Positions 34,882 through 47,175 of a DNA stretch of 64,000 nucleotides are shown here, in pieces. Made by a program: the position numbers and the translations under genes. The number at the start of each line of letters is the position of its first letter. Within the stretch, counting starts at the first letter, position 1. The notes under the pieces are model-generated. The model worked only from the letters and a program-made list of their open reading frames with translations, was not told where the DNA came from and searched no databases. Source of the stretch: Saprolegnia diclina VS20 (taxonomy: Eukaryota); the NCBI RefSeq assembly GCF_000281045.1, contig NW_008246084.1:343769-407768 (forward strand). Reading direction: 5' to 3'.

Positions 34882-35281
34882 CTTGCTGCGTCTTCTTCTC
34901 AAGCGAGCTTTGACAAAGACAGGAAGATTCTGCATATCCGGATCGCATCCGGATACGATCGGCAAACTGCAAATCGATGGCCGGTCGTCATGAGGATGAT
35001 GAGGACGACGACGACGAGGCCAATGGCATCCACGGGCTTCCTCCTGATGCCCGTCGCTGCATGGAGTATGGATGGAATGCAAGGCGAGAGGCCAGGTACG
35101 TGGCATATGATGCGGCCTCGCGCAATATGATCACTTTCGCCGTCTAAGATCTGAGTGGCGCCGTCGATGGTGACAAAGGCGGCCACAGCATCGGCTCTTG
35201 CTACATGCAGTCGAGATACGAGGAAGACGTGACAGACGACGTAGATTAAATATAAGGTTTGTACGGGACCACGCATGTACA

Positions 35282-36457
35282 TTAGAGGGTCGTGTCCCAG
35301 CCCGACCACGCGGCGGGGGCAGGCTTGGCCGCAGGCTTGACCGGATCGACGCTCGAGTGGAGGCCCGTCAAGTCGATTTCTTCATCGTCTTCGTCGTCGT
35401 CGCTCGAGCTCACACTCGTGCGCGATGCCGAATGCTGCTGGGCCGGTCCCTCGGAGGCGTGCGGCGCCACGTCCTCCGGGAGGAACTGCTTCATGGGCAT
35501 CGGGTCGTCCTTGTCGGCCAAGAAGCTGTCAAAGTACACATCGTTGCCCGCGGGGCGGCGCAAAACGGGCTCAGACGAGAGGCGGTTGAGCGTGCTATTG
35601 CTCGACGATGCCAGGTCGTACCGGAATTCCGGCTGGGGTTGGGGCGCTGGCGGCGCTTGCGGGCGGGCCATGGACGACTCGCGCGACGAGAAGCGCTCCT
35701 CCAACTCTTCGTTGGGCACCGAGAAGCGGCCGATCGACGTGGCCTTGAAGCCCGGCTCGGACCGGATCGCGGCGGGTTGTGGCACCGTGCTCATGACCGG
35801 GGGTGGGCCCGAGACCGACCGGCGCATGCTGTTGAAGCCGCGCGGGTTCATGGACGCAACGTCGCTACGCGTCGACGTCGGCGTCGTCATGGTATTTTCG
35901 CGCACGAAAACCGAGTCGCGCGGGACTTGGTTCTCCGGCAGCACAGTCGCGTTCTGGAGAAGGAAGCGGAGGACGAGCGTGACGACTTGGCCGCCGCACG
36001 TCGGGCATTTGGGCGACGGGTTAAAGACCTTCCCGACGACGAGCGACACAAAGTTGCGGAAGGCTTGCATGCGGTAGTTGATGACGACCTTGGACTTGGA
36101 CGAAAAGTAGTGCTTCTTGGGAAACTCAAAGTCGGCGACGACTTTGGCAATGTTTTCGCAGCGTGGGCACGTCGGCAGCGTGTCAAAGAGGTCGAGGAGG
36201 CTCTCTTTAAACTCGAGAAAGTCCGTGTACCGGCGCTTCGACTCCTTGATGACGGACGTAGCACCTCGCCGCACGAGGATGCGGTAGTAGGTCACATTGT
36301 CGATCGGGCTCGCGTTGAGGATCCACGTCTTGATGTTCATGTCGTCGAGCCCCATCGAGGTCTGCGACGAGAAGCGCGGCGAGCCCGTCATGGAGCTGCG
36401 CGAGTTGGTCTTCATGAGGCGCTGGCTGCTGCTCATGCTCATGGACGTCGTCGTCAT
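35282..36457 (-). CDS. PX-domain protein with two CxxC motifs (paralog A)
   Basis: VTYYRILV...SKRRYTDFLEFKESL...FEFPKKHYF...YRMQAFRNFV; CPRC and CPTC. Confidence 0.78.
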   Translation of the reverse strand: MTTTSMSMSSSQRLMKTNSRSSMTGSPRFSSQTSMGLDDMNIKTWILNASPIDNVTYYRILVRRGATSVIKESKRRYTDFLEFKESLLDLFDTLPTCPRCENIAKVVADFEFPKKHYFSSKSKVVINYRMQAFRNFVSLVVGKVFNPSPKCPTCGGQVVTLVLRFLLQNATVLPENQVPRDSVFVRENTMTTPTSTRSDVASMNPRGFNSMRRSVSGPPPVMSTVPQPAAIRSEPGFKATSIGRFSVPNEELEERFSSRESSMARPQAPPAPQPQPEFRYDLASSSNSTLNRLSSEPVLRRPAGNDVYFDSFLADKDDPMPMKQFLPEDVAPHASEGPAQQHSASRTSVSSSDDDEDDEEIDLTGLHSSVDPVKPAAKPAPAAWSGWDTTL

Positions 36458-37286
36458 GAGGGCGTCGGCTCGAGTGGGCACGGAAATAATTGAAGAATGC
36501 CACTGGTTACGTGCACGATAAATATATTGAATATTAATATACTGTATTTTAATTCGAATGCAACCCAGATTCGCCGGCAAGTGGCTTGCAAACGACCGCA
36601 AAAAATGGCGAGAAAAAAAGTACGGACCCCACTGTGTTCGATAGCGTGAGGTAATATTATTACAGCGGGCGCACGCCATGGGCTATGCCACCGTGGAACG
36701 GACAGGGCCTTCTCTCGTCGCGACATGCTTCCGCTACCTTGGCATCGTTCGACAAGGGCGCTCAACGTTGCGTCTTGACGCTCGTCATATACAATATTCT
36801 TGAGCGCGAGCGCGCTCGGCGGGAGATGCCGCGGTCCAGAAATATTTGTCGGCAGTGATCGGCACGCTTGATGTGATAGCGTACATCGTACAGTATGTAC
36901 GTGTATATTCTATTGTTGTATTAATGTACAATGTATGACATGTACGGGTTGAAGCACGGCACTTTTGTGCGTCAAATTTGCAGACGCAACTTCTCTTGGC
37001 CGGTTGCAGCGAATCTGCCGAGCTTGCCACGCCTTTGCCACCGAGACAAGTGATGCGAGGATGGCGAGCGCGGCCACGGGACGCCATCCATGGCTCGTCG
37101 CGACAGTGACGACGGGCGCTATCGCGACGACGTCGCGCGAGGTGAGTCACGCACGACTCACGGGATAGCCAGCACGGAACGTGCGTCTGATAGTAGGTGA
37201 TCGAATGGTTGGCGGCGATCACCCTTGCAAATTAAACAAGCACGCATGTATTACGGGAAGCGTAGTTACACGCGTGCGCTGGCAGC

Positions 37287-38081
37287 CTACACGGCGGCCA
37301 CTTGGCGATGGCGCACCATGGATGTGGACGACGGTGTCATTGGGTCGGCTGCTGCGATGGGTGGGGTGTACATGGGCACACTCAGGCTCGAGAGCGGCAC
37401 GCGTTGGACTTGCACGACCTTGACGATCGTGCGGCCTCGATAGCACTCAATTTTGCTTGCCGTCCGACAATACTCGTGGAAGAAGCGACGCGGCTCGAGC
37501 GACTCTGCGATCGCGTCGAGCGTCGCGCCGGCAGTGAGCGGGGTTGCGCCGTCGAGCAAGAAGGCTTTTGCGATCTCGAATGCCTTTCCGCCGCAAATCT
37601 GGCACTTGGGGGTGGATGTGAACGTGTGCGCCATGATGCAGGAGAGGAAGCGAGCGAGCTGAAGCGACCGCTCGTACACGACCTTGTCCGAGTGCTTGAA
37701 GACCTTCTTGCCCGGAAACGGAAAGCGCTCAATGATACGGCCAAAGCTCACGCAGCCTGGGCACCGATAGCGTGTAAAGCGCACACAGCTGAAGAGGCGC
37801 TCGCGCAGGGTCTCAAAGGCCGAGTAGCTCTGGGCCACAGACCATTGCGTCTGCGTGCCCAGGTGCAGCGCGTGAATGACGTACTTGGTCTTGCCACCAA
37901 CGCGAAGATGGTCGACGATGTAGAGCTGCACCATCGACACGTCCGACGGCCGCATGACGTGCGAGGCAAAGACCATGAGCGCCGGTGCAGATGTTGCTGC
38001 ATCGTCGTCGTCCACGGCGACAGCATGCGCGGCCTCGCTCATGAGCAGCGGCGCGAGGTCGACGTCCTGGCGCGGGCTCAT
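37287..38081 (-). CDS. PX-domain protein with two CxxC motifs (paralog B)
   Basis: KTKYVIH...WSVAQSYSAFETLRERL...FPFPGKKVF...ERSLQLARFL; CPGC and CQIC. Confidence 0.78.
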   Translation of the reverse strand: MSPRQDVDLAPLLMSEAAHAVAVDDDDAATSAPALMVFASHVMRPSDVSMVQLYIVDHLRVGGKTKYVIHALHLGTQTQWSVAQSYSAFETLRERLFSCVRFTRYRCPGCVSFGRIIERFPFPGKKVFKHSDKVVYERSLQLARFLSCIMAHTFTSTPKCQICGGKAFEIAKAFLLDGATPLTAGATLDAIAESLEPRRFFHEYCRTASKIECYRGRTIVKVVQVQRVPLSSLSVPMYTPPIAAADPMTPSSTSMVRHRQVAAV

Positions 38082-38411
38082 GGCCTATTTCCGACTGCTG
38101 ACGGCGATCTTGTGTTTTGTGGATTTGGATTTCTATTTTTAGATGCTACCATGGCGTTCGCGCATCTTCCGGATACGCTCGTATCCGGCGTCTCGGAACG
38201 TGGCGCGACAGCAACATGGCGGCTTTCTGCGTCAACGTCGCCGGTGGAATCCGCGATGAAGGTCGACCTACACTAAATGCAGAAGCTTAGACGACGGTTG
38301 AGTAGGCTGTTGTCTGGTGAAACGCAATACAGTGGCAAGGACATTCAAAGTTCAAAGAATACCTGTGAGAGTGGTTGCGCTGTCTATCGAGAACAGCCAA
38401 GGGTATGCTAT

Positions 38412-39395
38412 TTACAAGGCCGATGCTAGCCCGTGCCTGGTACCATCCGGCGAGACAGTGGGCATCGTCGAAGTCGGCGGCGCGATGCACATCGCCTCGG
38501 CCACGATATCGCTTTCGCTGGCTGCCCGGTTTCGTTGATGGTAGTGCATGGTGCACAACTGGTTGTAGCGCGCGTTCTTCTCACATCCCACATACTGGCA
38601 CCGCCGCAGCTTCTTCTGGAGCAAGTCGAGGATCTCTTCGTAACTCTGGTTGGTCAGTCCCTTGTCAGCGACCGACTTGGCTTGCAGTACGAGCTCTTTT
38701 CCGTGCTTGCAACAAAACCGGTTGCGCTGCGCATGTTTTGTGCACTCGGGGAAGCAACACATGGTGAACGCAATGTCGACGGCGCGCGTCTTGATGGCGA
38801 GCTGGCCCGTCGCGATGAGCAACTTCTCGTGCGCTGTGCAGTAGCCGCGGCCTTGGCGCACCTTGTAGCAGCCGTCGGTCCGGCACGTGCGCGCCGTTTG
38901 GGACCGCGCGGCGAGTTCGCGCCGCATCGAGCTGGCTTGATGGGCGTGCTTGCAGCACATGGAGGACCCGTCGAGGGCCTTCTCGCGACAGCGCGGAAAG
39001 CCGCACGGCACCGTCACGGCGTGCCGACTGCAAAAATGGCCGTACTCTTGAAACACCTTGGCGGCGTGTCGGCACTTGGTGTGCTGACAGAGCATCGTCG
39101 TAGTGGAGGACGTTGTCACGGAGCTCGTCGCGACGACTGCTGATAGAGTCGTCCCATCGTCATTGGCCACGGAAGTCGGCGCCATGCCTGCGTGGTTGTC
39201 GCAGTAGCCATCTTGGTTGCAGCTCTTGGGACAGGCATGGACGGCACACATAAAGAGCGTGTCCAAGTTGACTTCGATCACGAGCTCTTTGAGCTGCTCG
39301 TCAAACAGCGACGAGGTGGACGACGAGGTGGACGACGAGAAGGACGGATCGGGCTTCCACGGGACCTCCATGACGTCCTGAAAGTCCGGCTCCAT
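38412..39395 (-). CDS. Cys/His-repeat zinc-finger protein, paralog of 31083-33188
   Basis: FCSRHAVTVPCGFPRCREKA and CRTDGCYKVRQGRGYCTAHEKLLIATGQL align directly with the 31083 gene. Confidence 0.82.
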   Translation of the reverse strand: MEPDFQDVMEVPWKPDPSFSSSTSSSTSSLFDEQLKELVIEVNLDTLFMCAVHACPKSCNQDGYCDNHAGMAPTSVANDDGTTLSAVVATSSVTTSSTTTMLCQHTKCRHAAKVFQEYGHFCSRHAVTVPCGFPRCREKALDGSSMCCKHAHQASSMRRELAARSQTARTCRTDGCYKVRQGRGYCTAHEKLLIATGQLAIKTRAVDIAFTMCCFPECTKHAQRNRFCCKHGKELVLQAKSVADKGLTNQSYEEILDLLQKKLRRCQYVGCEKNARYNQLCTMHYHQRNRAASESDIVAEAMCIAPPTSTMPTVSPDGTRHGLASAL

Positions 39396-39766
39396 GATCG
39401 AGAATTCGAGCGACTGCGTATCTTTCACGCGCGCTGAGCTTCGACGCCGTAAAATATGTTCGATTTGCCCGCCAAAGATCGAACGCGGTTCAAATGCTCG
39501 CTTTGGATTGGCCAATCCAAGCATGGAAGATCTTTCGTTGCGCCCTTCCAAGGCACACAACGAGCCAATCAAACAGCGTCATTGACACCAAGATTCGTTG
39601 TACTCTAGGCTTGGATGAACCTCAACCTTGTTTCAGTGCTTGATCCGACGAGCCATTGATTCTGTCCGCTTACACCGTGGACCGACACCAAACACATTTT
39701 GGTACTCAATCCTGGTACTACGGATATGCATATGCACCCAACTCGTCGATGGTCAGCGATTTCGCG

Positions 39767-40713
39767 TTATTGTTGGTAGCCTTTCCACGCGCCCTTCTTT
39801 CCAGGCAGTCGGTTCGTCAAGCCAGAATGGTCGATGATCTCACTTCGGCGCTTGTCAATGGCGTCCGCAAACTACCGCGTCGTTCACTGCCTCCTCCTCG
39901 CACGAGGATATCGCACCGTTCGAAACGGGAGCGCACTCACATAGTCGTCCGAGTGGCTCTTCCCAAAGAGCGCGGTCATTTCGTCTTCCATGTTGTTGCC
40001 GTGCTTGAGAAACCTAACAGCTTGTAGAATCCTTCGTCCGAATGCTGACGTGTACAGAATGTGCATCGCATCGTCCATCGACACCTCGGACAAAACTGCT
40101 TGTCAATTCGATGATGCCACGAGCGTACCTTGCCGCTGACGTCGCGGTCGTACATGAGAAAGCACGTCAAGTAGAACAAGTCGGAGGGCTCCAAACACGA
40201 CTTGTCGGCTTTGCAGCGCTCAAAGCTGCGCTCGTACTCGTCCCACGAGATGGCGCCGTTGAGGCCGTCGTTGACTTCCCACATCAAATCTTCGACTTCG
40301 GACATGGTTTTGGGGTACCCCAGCTTTTCGTAGACCTCAAAGAGCGCCGTGCGCTCAATCGCGCGCGCAAACAGGCTGGCATAGTCTTGTTGCGCGACCT
40401 CTATGCATGACGATGGGCTTCGCATCCTCCGAGCTATCGCATTGACCCCGTAGCTTCTGGCGCTCGCTCTGTGTCGCTGCCCACTTGGCGTCGAGCCGCT
40501 TCATTTCCAGCGCATTGGCGTCCGATCCATTGGCGCGCAGCTCGGTCATCTTGGCCTCGAGGCTCTACGCTCATGGGATCAACAGAGGCCGTGATAGACG
40601 CAAGGTCCCACGAGGAGCTTTCTCGTGAGCCGCTTCTCCGGTATCTCAATCGTGAGCGTGCGAAAGACGCGGGTGAGCTGGATGTTCTCGTCCAGCGTCC
40701 CGTGCGCCGCCAT
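39767..40713 (-). CDS. EF-hand protein, outer-dynein-arm docking complex DC3-like
   Basis: LGYPKTMSEVEDLMWEVNDGLNGAISWDEY..RCKADKSCLEP..FLMYDRDVSGK|VSMDDAM; multi-exon. Confidence 0.65.
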
Positions 40714-40881
40714 GGTCGTTTCACTAAAGTTAGCTTGTTATCCCAACTAGTAACCCTAATCTTGCATGCACTGCGACCATTATTGTCTGCAACAATGGAC
40801 TGCACAAGTACTGTGAATATGTATTTTGCCAAGAACGAGCGGAGACAATACTAGGTATGGCACGGGAGAGGTGGGCGCGTA

Positions 40882-41667
40882 CTAGTTTTCATAGTCCTTG
40901 GGCAAGCCGCGCTTGAGCGCGTTGAACATGTCGGCGCCGACGCCCGTCTTGGTGAACGTCTGGAGCCCGACCTTGAACTGGTTGGCGACCTCCTCGGACG
41001 CATACGAGACGTTCTCAATGCCCGCCGAGAGCGCGGCGACCTGGATCTTGCACGCGTGGACAGCGTAGTACATCCAGAAGAACGCCTCGGCGATCGTCGC
41101 GCCGCCCGTGAGGAGCCCGTGGTTGCGCAGAATGAAGAGCTTGTTGTCCGGGCCCAAGTCGGCCTTGAGGCGCGGCTTCTCGCCTTCCGAGACCGCGAGG
41201 CCTTCGTAGTCGTGGTACGAGACGCCGGCGCTCATCGCGACGTGGCTCAGCTGCGAGATCGGGAGCAAGCCAAACTTCATGGACGAGACCGCCGAGCCTT
41301 CGATCGTGTGGCAGTGCATGACGCACTTCATGTCGTGGCGGCACTCGTGGATGCACGAGTGGATGACGTAGCCGGCGTGGTTGATGTCCCAGCCCGTCGA
41401 GCCGCGATTGATGTAGTTGCCTTTAATGTCGATCGTCACGAGGCTGCTGGCGCAAATCTCGTCGTACCGGAGGCCGAGCGGGTTGATGAGGAAGTGCGCG
41501 TTCTCGACGTCGGCGTCGTCCGCGCCGTTGGGCACGCGGCACGTTAGATGGCCGTAAATGACTTCGTCCCAGCCAAACTTGTGGAAGAGGCGGTACGCGG
41601 CCGCGAGCTCGCAGCGCAGCGCCCACTCTTCGTCGCTCACGGGGTGCGGGAGGTCGTTGCGGCCCAT
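40882..41667 (-). CDS. Class II aldolase/adducin-head family protein
   Basis: LRCELAAAYRL, GHLTCRV, FLINPLGLRYDEI, AGYVIHSCIH, VMHCHT, ILRNHGLLT; intronless. Confidence 0.92.
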   Translation of the reverse strand: MGRNDLPHPVSDEEWALRCELAAAYRLFHKFGWDEVIYGHLTCRVPNGADDADVENAHFLINPLGLRYDEICASSLVTIDIKGNYINRGSTGWDINHAGYVIHSCIHECRHDMKCVMHCHTIEGSAVSSMKFGLLPISQLSHVAMSAGVSYHDYEGLAVSEGEKPRLKADLGPDNKLFILRNHGLLTGGATIAEAFFWMYYAVHACKIQVAALSAGIENVSYASEEVANQFKVGLQTFTKTGVGADMFNALKRGLPKDYEN

Positions 41668-42487
41668 CGAATTCGGTTCTGATTGACGACCGTGCCACCA
41701 GGGTATTGCGTCATCATCCGGATGCGACGCGAGGCCATTGGTCGAACGTACGGGGTGTTGGGACACGCGCCCGAAGATCGCGCCATCAACTTCAACTTGT
41801 GGGAACCGGGCTGCGATGGCTGAGTCTGATATACGAGCGGAGGGAAGAGCCACCGAGACCGATGCGGTGCTATCGCCTGCGCTTCTAGGTGCGCGCCTGC
41901 ATAAGGTACGCGTCGCTGCTCCAGAGCTCTTCCGGAGCAGCAGTGATACCGTCCGCGTCGTTACCGTGCACCCTGCAGCATAGATACGAAAGTGCGAGTT
42001 GATGTGCCTGGCAACCGCACGCGGCAGACAAGATACTACGTCAAGTGAGCGAGCTTTTCTTGGCAACGAAGGACGACGCGGTGCTATGGTAGAGCTGCAT
42101 GAACGGCCACCGTATTCGAGAGGCTATCACAGCCGACTACAGTGCTCGTTGCCGTCGCCGTACAACCCAAGGTAAATCCGAATCGCGAGCCAAATGTCAC
42201 CCGAGCGGAGCACGAGATCGGGATGGTCATTCGAAAATCACGCTACGCTCCAAGGCGACCACGGGACTTTGATGTGTTCTTACGTCCTGGTGCCTTCGTT
42301 CGCAATCATCTCAGGCCCTTGTGACTGGCGGCGCTGGAATGGGTCTGACTGCATTCGTTGGGGGTGGACAGTTGAGACGGCAAACGTCATCATCCGCCTG
42401 CTCCAATAAGAAAAGGACCGTCAGTACTTAGTGCCTGAGTGCAGGCATTCGCCCCACCGAGGAGTGGGTCACGTGGAAATGTGACGT

Positions 42488-44840
42488 TTAGAGGGCTAGG
42501 TTACTACTACTACTCGCATCAAAGACGACTTCGGGTGACTTTTCAAAGCCAGGTCGCGAATTGAACTCGTCCCATGTAGCGAGAAACTGAGCGAGCTGGG
42601 GCATGTCCGTGTGCTGCGGTATAACAAACGGTGCCGGTGCCATTTGTGAGCGCTGTGCATAGTACGCTGGCGGCGGCGGACTCGCATACGCAAAGTGTGG
42701 CTGGTAGTTCAACGCGGCTTGTTGCCGCAAGAGACCATCGAGTTTGCGCGTCCCATCGAGCATTTGGCGCGCTTCAAGGCGCTGTTTAGCAAGCTGGAGC
42801 TTGTCTTGGTGCAACTGGTACGCCGACCGGTCGAGCGCGGCCTTTTCCCGTTCCAGCGCTTCCCGCTTCTGGTCGGCGTCGGTCGTGCGTTGCTTTGTCG
42901 ATGCCATGAGCTGGTCGTACTTGGTCTTGAGCTCTTCGAGCAGCACCTTCTTCTCGTCCAGCTCCCGTACGATTTGCTAACAAGCAACAGCTCTTGCATT
43001 TCCTTTTGATGCATGAGGAGCGACCCACCGAATAGTTTTTGGATTTCTCGAGCGTTGTGGCGCTGAGGTCGAGGAGCTCACGCTTGCGGCGACTGATAAT
43101 GTCTTCGTCGCGCGTGAGATCGAGGAGTCGGGCGTTGTTGGACTTGGCCAACGCTTCGACATGGAGCTCGTCTTGGACCTATGGCGTCGTCCATCGTCAG
43201 CACATATGTTGAAAGCTCATGCGACGTACGAGCTTGAGTCGTTTCTCTTCGAGTTGCGTGCGCAGAGCCTCGAGCTTCCCACGCTCGTCATCGAGTCGGG
43301 CGTTCTGAATCGCGAGGCCAGACAGAAGCTGCCGTCGCTGCTCGTCGATCGCGTCGCGTTCTCTGTAAATCTATTGGCACAAATTGGAAAACTGCGGTTG
43401 GTATGATTGAACCTTCATAGCTTCGTCTCGGATGCGCGTGTCGGCGCGCTCTTCGGCCTGGATGCGCAGCTCGTTGGCCATCGCCAAGCTCTACATCATC
43501 GCGTTCGACGTCTCGTTGTTGCTGTTGGTAGAGGAACCTTTTCATATCGCTCACGCTCGCGCCGGAACGCGGCTTCCAGGTCCTTTTTTTCTTGCAGCAC
43601 CGCAGCCTCGAGCTTCTCGAAGCGCTCGCGCTGGGCCTCGACGATGAGTCGGTGGTTCTCGGGCAACGCAACCTTCTCGACGTCCCGCTCCGTCAACGTC
43701 TTTTGCAGTGTCTCCTACATTATGAGGTAGTAGGCGTGATGGCACACAGCGCACACCTGCATGCACTGGAGCTGGATCGCACAGCGCTGCTCGACAACTT
43801 GAATTGCCACCCGGTGGTCTAATAGCGCTTGCTCGTATTTGTGCTGTGTTGCCTGCCGCGCGTCAACAGCAGCTTCGAGCTTGGCGTTGCCGCTGTGCAG
43901 ATCCCCGAGACAATGCTGGTACATCTCGGAGAGCTGCAACTGGCGCTCTTCCAGTGTACGTCGATCGCGCTCCGTCCTGTCGAGTTTGGCTTGGAGTGTT
44001 TCGCACTCGACGACCTACATGCAAGCATCTCGTGTGGCAGCGGGGAATTGGCAAATGTACCTTGGCGACGAACGACGCCTCGAGCGCCACGTACTTGAGC
44101 TCGAGGTCGGTGAGTGCATTCTTTGTCGTCTGGAGCAAGAGTTCGTGCTGAAGCCGGCGCTCGTCGGCCCGCTTTTTCTTGAGCTGGAATTTCTCTTGGC
44201 GCAGCCGCTTCTCGTCGAGGTGCCGCTGCTGAGTGAAGCGCAGCTCGTTCTTGAGCTCGCTTGCCGCACGCAGCGCCATAGCGTGTTCGTGCTTGAGCAC
44301 CTCGTTTTCATCGAGCAGCTGCGCTTCGAGTTGCCGAATGTACTTGTTGGAGGTACTCGTACTGGTCACAATTGGCGGCGCCTCGTCGATGCGCTCGAGA
44401 ATGCGAAGTTTTCCAGGCGACTGCGTCGCGGCTTGCTGCTTGAGAAGGAGCACGGGGTCGGGCGATGCGTGCGTTGGTGACGGTGGCCGCGTCGGCACGG
44501 AGAGGTTGACGTGGTGTCGCGGACTGCTCGCGCGGCTGTCATTCTCAAACGACGCGTCACCATAGGCGTCCGACTTGGCGGCTTCGGACTTGGCGTCGTC
44601 GTTCTCAAAGTCATCGTCGTAGTCGTTCTCGTACTCGCTCGTGTCGCTTTTCGGCGGCGGCGGGGCTTTGACAGGCGGGGCTTTGGCTGGCGGAGCTTTC
44701 GGCGCTGCCTTGGCCTTGGGCGGCGACGGCGTTTCAAAGTCGTCTTCAAACTCGACGCTGTACGCATCGTCGTCACGGTCCTTGACGCTAAAGTCGCCAT
44801 CGTCGGACGCGATCTCTTCCGCCTCTTCGTCGCTGTCCAT
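42488..44840 (-). CDS. Long coiled-coil protein with acidic/Pro-rich N-terminus (multi-exon)
   Basis: MDSDEEAEEI... followed by E/K/R/Q-rich heptad exons linked by short introns; family not identified. Confidence 0.65.
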
Positions 44841-45405
44841 TGCGCGCTTGCAACTGCTGCACGAAACGGTATGCAAAGCACTCCAAGGTAGAGCCAAGAC
44901 GACTCGTCGTACACCGTGCTCTTAGCCCAAAGCATGTCACACGTATGGCTATTGCTCGATTGTGCTCACGGGCTGCATGCTACCAAACGAACCCTATCCT
45001 CGCGGCCCTTCCTCCACCCTCTCGCCAAGCATCTGCAAGAACGTCGCTTCTAGCAGCTCCTTGGCAACGATGGCATACTGCACTATAGGCGTGGCCATGC
45101 GAAGCGCCGCCATGATCGCTCATTCCTGCTTCATATGCAGTCGTCGGTCGTCGCGCCGCCCTATCTTGGTCGAATGGTCGTTTCGCCGAATGTTAGCACC
45201 CATGGCGCCTTGCCACCTCTCTTGTGCACGTCTTGTCCTCGATGCAGCGCCTGTCGTGGACGGCTGCGGTGCGTACGGCGGCCCTTCCGCGGGGGCGGCC
45301 GGCGTCGGCGTCGGCGTCGGGGCATGATTGGCGCTATTATGGCCAATCAGGAGGCGGAAGGGGTAGGTGGCCGGATACTGTGGTCGATTATCCGGATATC
45401 GTTGA

Positions 45406-45933
<528 letters not shown>

Positions 45934-46174
45934 GTTATGCGACATACACTCGTCCTTTGGCACGCGCTCGAGCGGCGCGCGTTTGCTTTCTAGCCACCCA
46001 ATCCTTGTAATACACCATGATTCGGTCGCGATGCGGCCGGCATGAACTCGGCCTCCGTGTTCCGTCTCTATGTGTCTGTGACGACCGTCTTTGCCTTCCG
46101 ATCCACCGTCCTCATTTCCTAGCCTCGGATTGTCGCTGCATGCGGATGCAGACGGCCCGCTTCTGTCTTCTCGC

Positions 46175-46245
46175 CCCGTATGAGCAAGTCGAAAGCAAGA
46201 CCATGGATCCTGTCCATGGTCTTGCTTTCGACTTGCTCATACGGG
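46175..46245. repeat. Perfect 33-bp inverted repeat (hairpin, 5-nt loop)
   Basis: CCCGTATGAGCAAGTCGAAAGCAAGACCATGGA-tcctg-TCCATGGTCTTGCTTTCGACTTGCTCATACGGG. Confidence 0.95.
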
Positions 46246-46421
46246 CAAAGCGTCGAGACGATGGATGATGGTAGTATGCATGTCGGCAACTACGTTGGGG
46301 ACATGGCGTTTGGTCGTGAAGATGGCCGCGCCGGACCGCTGCAAGGAGGATGAGGGTGGGAAGGATGCTAGAGGAGAGGCAGCAAAACCGCTCGATGGAG
46401 CTTATGATTCCATTCGCGTTA

Positions 46422-47175
46422 TTAAACTTGGTCGGCCGCGTGCTCTTCGACGAGATCCAAGCAGTTTTCGACAAAGAACTCCTTGTCAAAGGCGGCGCCG
46501 CTCTCGGCGAGGAAGCTGCCGCTGTAGACGCGGAGGAGCTCGGCGTCGTTCTTGCGCGCGAGCGATTTCAGAACCTTGTAGTCGCTCTCGGTCGGGAACG
46601 CGCCTTCCTTGTTGAGCTGGCTCAGCAAGCGCAGGAGGTCCGACCCGTCCGTAATCGTTGTCGGGTCCACGACCACGGGCGTCGACGGCTTGTACTCTAG
46701 CCAAACACCGATCAACCTCATGAGATACACGCATGCGTCGAGGCGTACCTTCAATCTCACTTGGGTTCTCAGCGAGGGCTTGGATGAACGGCGCAATATC
46801 TTCCTCCTTGGGCACGATCACGGCGAGGACCTGGTTCGGTCGAACGTTCTCGGCGCCGGCGGGGACAACTACGATACAGCATTAGCCAACCTCGCCAGCA
46901 TCGGGCCGCGTACAGATCTTGGCGAGGTAGCCCGCGTCGTCCGTCTCCATGCCAAAGATGAGCTCGGGGGTCTCAATGTCGCAGAGCGGACCGCCCGGCC
47001 CAACCTTCTGGCCCTCTTGCTTGTACCACTTGACGAGCTTGGAGCCCTCCATGACCTGCGTGAACTCGATGTCCATGAGGCGGAACTTGATGTGGTTCGG
47101 CAGCTTGGACGCGTGGCACCACCGGCGGCCAAGAAGCGACGCCATCGGCGCAGATCCACGGCGCAGGAACATCAT
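46422..47175 (-). CDS. Mitochondrial-type lipoyl/biotinyl-domain protein lacking the attachment lysine
   Basis: Arg-rich presequence-like N-terminus; KLVKWYKQEGQKVGPGGPLCDIETPELIFGMETDDAGYLAKI|NVRPNQVLAVIV; two introns. Confidence 0.8.

Noticed and set aside
40882..41667. Intronless class II aldolase as a horizontal transfer
   Set aside because: The family is widespread in eukaryotes and several native genes here are also intronless, so the sequence alone gives no support.
45161..45346. Protamine-like [17 protein letters not shown]
   Set aside because: Derives from a GGCGTC microsatellite in the divergent promoter region; no other coding support.
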